A DNA stretch of 64,000 nucleotides from an uncultured Planctomycetota bacterium. Lineage in GTDB: Bacteria > Planctomycetota > Planctomycetia > Isosphaerales > Isosphaeraceae. The stretch is taken from the NCBI GenBank assembly GCA_963823665.1, contig CAWGMQ010000008.1, positions 800,001-864,000 of the forward strand, in the 5' to 3' direction. The position numbers and the translations under genes are program-made. Below the pieces are notes generated by a model that had not been told where the DNA came from, did no database searches, and worked only from the letters and a program-made list of their open reading frames with translations. The first letter of the stretch is position 1; every line of letters begins with the position of its first letter. Shown here piece after piece: positions 57,729-64,000 of the stretch.

Positions 57729-58538
57729 ATGAGCGTATTGGTCGAGTCTGCGGCGGCGCCGATGGATTTGTGCGCCCTGCACCAGCGCATGGGCCGCGTG
57801 TACCACCAGCCGGTGCGTGTGCGGTCGTTCACGAACAAGCGGTTCACGGTCAATTTCCGCGTGCCGCTCGATCAACTCCGCCGGATTGTGCCCGAGAGGC
57901 TCGACCTCGACGAAATTCCCGGCACGGGGCTCGGCATGTTCAGCATGTGCGCCTGCGACTTCTGGGTGAGCCGGCTCGGCCTGGTGCCCATCCCGCCGGT
58001 CCGCAACAACGACATGCTGTTGCGCGTCAGCACCAAGATCACGAAAGGCGGCAGCGTCTATCGAACTTATTACACGTTGCGGTCTGACTCATCGTCACGG
58101 TTCCTGGGCTTCTTCGGCAAGCGATTCTCGCACTTCCGCAAGCAGGTGTCGGAGTTCGTGCGCGTGGACGACGGCACCGCATACAGCCTGGAGAACCGGG
58201 CGACTGACCCGCTCTGTCGAGGCAAGTTCACCGCGGTCATGTCTTCCATCACGAAGGATAAGCCGGAGACGACGGATTTCGCCGACGTTGATGCGGCGAA
58301 GAAGTTTGTGTTCGACCTGGATGGCAGCAGCGGCTACAGCTACGAACGGGACATGCTCTCGTTCCAGAAGATTGACTACCCGCCATGGGACATGTATTTC
58401 TGCCACGAATACAGATACGATTTCCCCCTGATGGACTACTTGAACGAGACCTTCAGCCTCGAGCCCGAGCTGGATTGCGTCTTGTTCATGAAGAACACGG
58501 AGCAAACCTGGGGCACGTCTTGGCTGTACCGAAACTGA
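57729..58538 (+). CDS. DUF2071 (YqjF-like) protein
   Basis: GAGGAG RBS; 'VNFRVPLDQLRRIVPERLDLD...CDFWVSRLG..P' resembles DUF2071 (recalled, not searched). Confidence 0.7.
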   Translation: MSVLVESAAAPMDLCALHQRMGRVYHQPVRVRSFTNKRFTVNFRVPLDQLRRIVPERLDLDEIPGTGLGMFSMCACDFWVSRLGLVPIPPVRNNDMLLRVSTKITKGGSVYRTYYTLRSDSSSRFLGFFGKRFSHFRKQVSEFVRVDDGTAYSLENRATDPLCRGKFTAVMSSITKDKPETTDFADVDAAKKFVFDLDGSSGYSYERDMLSFQKIDYPPWDMYFCHEYRYDFPLMDYLNETFSLEPELDCVLFMKNTEQTWGTSWLYRN

Positions 58539-58789
58539 TGACGGGCGGCGCTTTACCCGGCGCTCGACATCCGTGATCTGGGACTTTGCGGGAATGACGC
58601 GGTTCATCGCGATCACCGCTTCAGGGTCATGAGCTTGAGCAGAGGATCGAAATCTGAAGCCGGCTAGCGGGGCGGCGCATCCCCACTCAACTCAAGATTA
58701 CCACTAGAACCATTCGAAGCCTCTGCGATCGATGCCGGCCTGTTTCGCCAGAAGCTGCTCGTCAGCGCCTGACGCAAGAGTTGGCCGTT

Positions 58790-59232
58790 ATAGTCCTCCC
58801 CGGTTTCGCTGGACGAAATTCATCCGGACGTCGTAGAGACTTTCCTCGGCGAGCTCGGCAGGGTGCGAGCCACCAAATCTCGGTGAGTTGAGCTGTTCGG
58901 ACCGCGCCAGCATGACCACGGCTTCCGCGGTCATGCCGGCGCGATACTGGGCCAACCCGATCCGTGTTAAACGACGCTCCCTCATAGGCGGTGCTCTCAG
59001 TGAACTGGCCGGCGGGGCCGCGGAGGGCGCGGAGGTCCTTGCCGGCGGTGGCATCCCAGAGCTGCACACTGTCGACGTGACCGGTGGTGGCGAGGGTGCG
59101 GCCATCGGGGCTATACACTACGCTGCGGCCGAGTTGTATGTGTTCGGGGAGCGTGCGAAGCTCCAATTGGCGAAGCCGATCCAGGTCGACGTCGAGGCCG
59201 CCGAAGTTGCTGCTCCTTCGGTCGCTCATCAT
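58790..59232 (-). pseudogene. Collapsed relic of a kinase-WD40-TPR gene
   Basis: 'MMSDRRSSNFGGLDVDL' leader joined to one WD40 'VYSPDGRTLAT...VQLWDATAGK' and, in another frame, TPR tail 'IGLAQYRAG...RFGGSHPAELA'. Kinase domain absent. Confidence 0.8.
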
Positions 59233-59331
59233 GATTCGGTTCTTTGGAAACGGTCCATCGGCTGCCCGCATCTGCAATGGCCTGACGAGGCCGGACGAAG
59301 AAACATCTGTTCAGAAAACTGACTGCTTCGA

Positions 59332-59352
59332 GTGCGATTGTGACATCGTGTT
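59332..59352 (-). promoter_or_regulatory. Conserved kinase upstream motif, copy 3
   Basis: gtgcgattgtgacatcgtgtt; tgtgaca at 59339-45, 110 nt from the MSDR ATG at 59229. Confidence 0.55.
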
Positions 59353-59416
59353 CGCGATTTATGAGTTTGCGGGCTCGCTACGATTTGAGGGCGAGTGTTG
59401 ACCTTGACGAACACGC

Positions 59417-62400
59417 TCACGGCGAGGCCCTGGGATCGATCGGCTCGCCGCCAGCGCGGGTGAACAAGGCGCGGAGGACAGCTTGCGGAGTGTCTGTCTT
59501 CACGAATCGCACGGAGCCGTCGGCGAAGAGTGCGTTGAAACCACCTGAGAATCCGAGCCCTCCGAGTTTTGGAAGGGGACGCGAGGGATCGGGGTCGTAC
59601 TCGAGCTCGTCGGGCTTGGTCCAGGGTACAGGCTCGGCGGCCTCGACGACGAGCAGCGTGTGGCGGGGTCCGTCGGGGATGTCGCGAGAATTCACCGACA
59701 TCAGCCGGGCGCCGGGAGCCGTGGGAAAGAGTGTCGCCGATCCAGTCACGACGCGGTAATACGTCAGGCCGCGCTGCGGCGCCGGCTCACTCGTCGGCTC
59801 CGGGCGGCGCCGGGGTGGGCCGGCCGGCGGACTGATCGCCGTTGGGGCGGCGAACACGGCGGGCAGCTTCGCCAGCAGCGGCTGGTTGCGCGGGCTGTCC
59901 CACGGCTCATCCAGATGGAACTCGTCGTACAGCTTCTGTTGGCCGGGCAGGAACGGCAAGATCGAAACTCGCCACGAGAGCAGTGGCCGTCCGTTCTGCG
60001 CGCGGGCGGCGGCGGGCAAGGTCACGAATGCAGCGCAATGTTTGAACAGGGCCTGTCCGATCACTCTGAGGTCCTTTGCGGATTGCAGGCGGCGCCGGCT
60101 GTCCTGGGCCCGGTCGCGGGTGGACTGAAACGACGGCTGCATAGTCGGCTCGGCGGGGGGCAGTGCCGCGAGCCGCTCGGCGAGTGTTAGCCCGTGCGCG
60201 TCCGGCGGTCGAGGCCGAGCGCGCGGCCAGGCGGCGGGCCAGAGCCGGGGGCTGCCGGTCCGGGCGTCCCAGAACCGGATCGAGCCGTCCATGAGGCGCG
60301 CGGCGACCCAGGCGCCGTCGGGACTGAACGCGAGGCTCCGCCCCATGGCGACGTTGGCCGAAATTCGATGCAGTTCGCCGCCGCTGGCGGGATTCCAGAG
60401 CTTGATCGCGTCGTCCCAGCCGGCGGTGGCAACGGTTCGGCCGTCGGGCGCGAAGGCGGCTGCAGAGATCCCGTTGCGATGGGCGACGAACCGCCGGAGG
60501 AGCGCGCCGGACGTGAAGTCGTAGAGTCGAAGTGCGGCGGGAGGTCCGCCGCCGGCCGGCTCGATCGCCTCTGGCAGGGCCAGCGTGCGGCCATCGGGCC
60601 CGAAAGCCGCGGCGGCCAATTGCCGCCCGTCGGCCGAGAGGGTCCGCAGCTCCCGTCCGTCGGCCGCGTCGACCAGACACACCTCGCGGGCGACTCCACG
60701 CGCCTTCGGATCGCCGCCGGAGATGGCGAGCGTGCGCCCGTCCGGCGCCATGGCCAAGTGGGTGAGCACGTCGACCGATGCCGGAGGCGCGAACGACGCC
60801 AGCGTCTTGCCGTCAGCGACCGCGACGATACGCACCTTCGCTTTTGTGAGCAGGCTCACCGAGCCGACGGCGAGCCGCGTCCCATCGGACGTGAATGCGA
60901 GTGCGACGGGAATCTCATGTTCGCCGAGCCGAATCGCGACGAGCTGGCGCCCGGTCCGGGGTTCCCAGACCGTCACTTCGCCCCCCTCGTCGCTGTTACC
61001 CGCGATGGCCAGGGCGCTGCTGTCGGGTGCGACGGCGAGAGCCTGAGCCAGGACCGTTTGTCCCCTCAAGCGCTCGCGCGTCCGACCGGTCGCGCCGTCG
61101 CGGAGACGCACGACGCCATCGGTGTCGAGCGTGGCCAGCGCCCATTCCCCGCGGTCGCGACCGGGGATGAAGGCGAACTCTCTGATCGCGGCGCCCTTGT
61201 GACCCTTGATGGCCAGTGGGTCCTCGAAGGCCGGCGCGTCCCAGACGCGGAGGTCGCCGGGACCGACGCTTCCGGGCGGGGGACCGCCCACGACGGCCAC
61301 GGTCGTGCCGTCGGGGGACAGCGCCAATGCGTGTAGCGGTTGCAAGGCGCCGGTCAGGGTCAGGAGCTCCTGCCCTCCGAGCGCGTCCCAGACCTTGGCG
61401 GTCTTGTCGTGACTCGCCGTCACGATCCGCGTGCCGTCGGGCGCGTAGGCGAGCGCTCTGACCGCCTCGCTGTGCCCCGCCAGCATCAGCCGTTCGTCCC
61501 CCGTGGCGATATCCCAGACCCGGACGACTCCGGGCACGTAGAAGGCCCCATCGCCGGCCGCGAGGAGTGTGCTGTCGGGGGAAAAGGCCAGCGCACCGAC
61601 TCGCCGACCGTGCCCGCTCAGCTCGCGCACGCGCGCACCGCTGGCCGCTTCCACGATGCGCAACGAGCCTCGCTGATCGCCCCAGCCCCCTCCCAACGCG
61701 AGGTGGCGCCCGTCCGGCGAGAAGGCCAGTGAGTGGATTTCATTGATCTCGCCGGGTATTGTGCGGAGCAGCCGGCCGGTGGCCGATTCCCAGAGGTGAA
61801 CGTCGCCGAATCGCGGAGCGTCGCCGTCACCGGTGGCCAGGACGCTCCCGTCGGGCGCGAACGCGACGGCGTGAACGGTCGTGGCGAATCCCTCCAGGGT
61901 AAACCGGGCCGCCGCCGCGCCGACGTCCCAGAGCACGACCGAGGCAGGCAGGCCCACTGCCCCTGCGGCTGAGGCGAGAGTGCCGCCGTCGGGGCTGAAG
62001 GCCAGGGCGTTCACCGGCGCGTCGTGCGCCTTCAACGCTCGAAGGAGTGCCAGGGGACGCGTGCGGGCGTCCCAGAGCCGCACCGTTCCGTCCTGCTCTC
62101 CGGTGGCTAGCCGTGCGCCGTCCGGCGCGAAGGCCGCGGCGTTGGCGGGGCTCAGGGCCGCGGCCGTGCTGTAGGCGCCGAGGCTTGGCACGGCATCGCC
62201 GGCCCACAGCCGGATCGTGCGGTCAGCCCCGGCGCTCGCCAGCGCGGTCGACCCTTTGCGGGGGTCGAAGGCGACGGCCTCGACCGCGCCTTCGTGACCG
62301 ACGAGTACAGCGACCGGGCGGCCCGACGCCGGCTCCCAGGTTCGGACCGTTGCGTCTGACCCGGCGGAGGCAAGCCGGGTGCCGTCGGCAGCATAATCCA

Positions 62401-64000
62401 GGTGGCTCACAGTTCCCTCGTGGCCGGCCAACGTAAATGCCAGCCGCCCGTCGTGCGCGGCGAGCACCGCGATCGTCCTGTCGGGACTGGCCGCCGCGAG
62501 CGTTTTGCCGTCCGGCGCAATCGCCACCGCCGTGGACTTGCCCGGGCGGCTCCATCTTACCTGGCCGGTGGCGACGTCCCAGAACACGAGTCCTCGCGCG
62601 CTGGGCGCGGCCGCCGGTCCGAGGGCGGCGAAGGCGTTGCCTGCTGTCGCCAGGCCCGAGCCGTCGGGAGTGAATGCCAGGGCCGACGGACGGTGGTCGG
62701 CGGGCATAGCCAGGCTTTTCGAGACACCGTCGGCGAGGGTCCAGAGCCGCACGCCCCCCGGCCCCTTGGCTCTGGCGAGGGTGTCGTCCTCGGCCGAGGC
62801 GAGCACCTTGCCGTCGGGCGCGTAGGCCAGGGCGAGAACTGGGAGCGTCGTCGTCAGCTCGCGCGGCGGGAGGTCGCTCGCCGTTTCCCAGACGAGAATC
62901 TGTTTGCCTGTGCCGGCGGCCAGGCTCTTGCCGCCGGGTGCGAACGCCAGGGTGCGAACCACTCCCGGCGCTTCGAGCACGCGCCGCGACTCACCGGCGC
63001 GGAGATCCCAGAGTCGCACGGTACGGTCCTCGCCGGCGGTGGCAGCCAGAGCGCCATCGGGCGCGAAGGCCAACGCGTGGATCGGCCCGGTGTGACCGCG
63101 AATGATTCGGGCGCCAGCGTCGGGAAGCCGCCGGAGGTAGTACCACTCGAAGCCCCGCAAGTCGTCGGCGAGACTCTCGTCGGGGCGATGGCGGTCGAGG
63201 AGATCGAGGAAGCGGGGAAGATCGTGGCGCTCCAGGCCGTTTGCGCCAACGTAACGCCGGCCGCGAAAAAATGGTGCTGCGCCTGCCGGCGCTGCTGTTC
63301 GGCCTCGGTCGCCCGCGTTTGGGCCAGCTCGCGCTGGAAGTCGGCGTCGTCGTGGGCTGCTTTCTCGGCTGTCGCGATTCGAGTCATGCGCCCAGCCTGG
63401 TCATGAAACCGCAGCGCGGCCCAAGCCGAACCTCCGGCGGCACCGAGCAGCGCGGCGACCAGGGACGCGGCCAAGGCGGCGACCGTGGGGTTACGGCGGC
63501 ACCACCGCCACGCGCGCTCCGCTTGACTCACCGGCCGCGCCAGGATCGGCTCGCCCCGCAGGAACCGGCCGAGATCTTCCTCCAACGAAGCCGCCATTGC
63601 GTATCGCTGCCCTGGCTCCTTCTCCAGGCACTTCAGACAAATCGTCTCCAGATCACGTGGAATCGACGCATTGAGCCGCCGCGGCGGGACCGGCTCGTCG
63701 CTGATGACCTGGATCACGGTATCCATCGCCGTGGCCGCCTGAAACGGCGGCCGGCCGGTGAGCAGGGCGTAGAGCGTCGCGCCCAGCGAATAAACATCTG
63801 CGGCCGGACCGACCTCGCCCCGCTTGCCCCCGGCCTGTTCCGGCGGCATGTAACTCGGGGTACCCATGATCTGTCCCGAGCCGGTCAGCCCACTATCGCC
63901 CTGCACTTTCTTGGCCAAGCCGAAGTCCGTCACTCGTGGGTTGCCGGATTGATCGAGAAGGATATTGGCCGGCTTCAAGTCGCGGTGAATGACGCCGTGC
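59417..64000 (-). CDS. Ser/Thr kinase - TM - long WD40 array - DUF1559-like domain (kinase unit 4; 5' end outside the window; frameshift near 63231)
   Basis: Kinase C-lobe in ORF 62854-63978; 'RGFEWYYL' then about 20 WD40 repeats; C-terminal '[13 protein letters not shown]...[16 protein letters not shown]...VPWTKPDEL...[12 protein letters not shown]'. Confidence 0.92.

Noticed and set aside
45108..58223. 41-bp repeat pair as a DGR template/variable repeat
   Set aside because: Too short, the only mismatch is G/C rather than at adenine, it is not at a gene 3' end, and no reverse transcriptase is in the window.
58583..58600. gcgggaatgacg resembling half of a known palindromic repeat
   Set aside because: The complementary arm is absent, so a repeat element cannot be supported.

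Overview
High-GC bacterial DNA with the hallmarks of a planctomycete, most likely Isosphaeraceae-like. This is an inference from 'LEPLE(D/R)R' N-terminal motifs, a PVC-type CxxCH protein, DUF1559 and DUF1080 domains, and many WD40 Ser/Thr kinases. I found no rRNA, tRNA, CRISPR array, integrase, transposase or reverse transcriptase. Many genes are split by single-base indels, which look like long-read sequencing errors, so I rejoined them. Contents: (1) the 3' part of a giant (>4,100 aa) surface protein with beta-helix, PKD, FG-GAP, RTX-like, metzincin, PPC and Ig modules, including an 81-bp tandem repeat; (2) an RRM-ArsR-RRM locus with a strongly structured leader; (3) secreted and membrane proteins, a hybrid histidine kinase and several unusual fusions; (4) a set of paralogous receptor-like Ser/Thr kinase units. 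These units share an upstream DNA motif and N-terminal leader and, in three cases, a near-identical kinase domain, but carry different C-terminal sensors. They include a chimera, an in-frame deletion variant, a collapsed relic and possibly a kinase-less sensor. This modular, apparently diversifying kinase set is the best candidate for an undescribed system. All domain calls come from motif recognition by eye; no searches were run.
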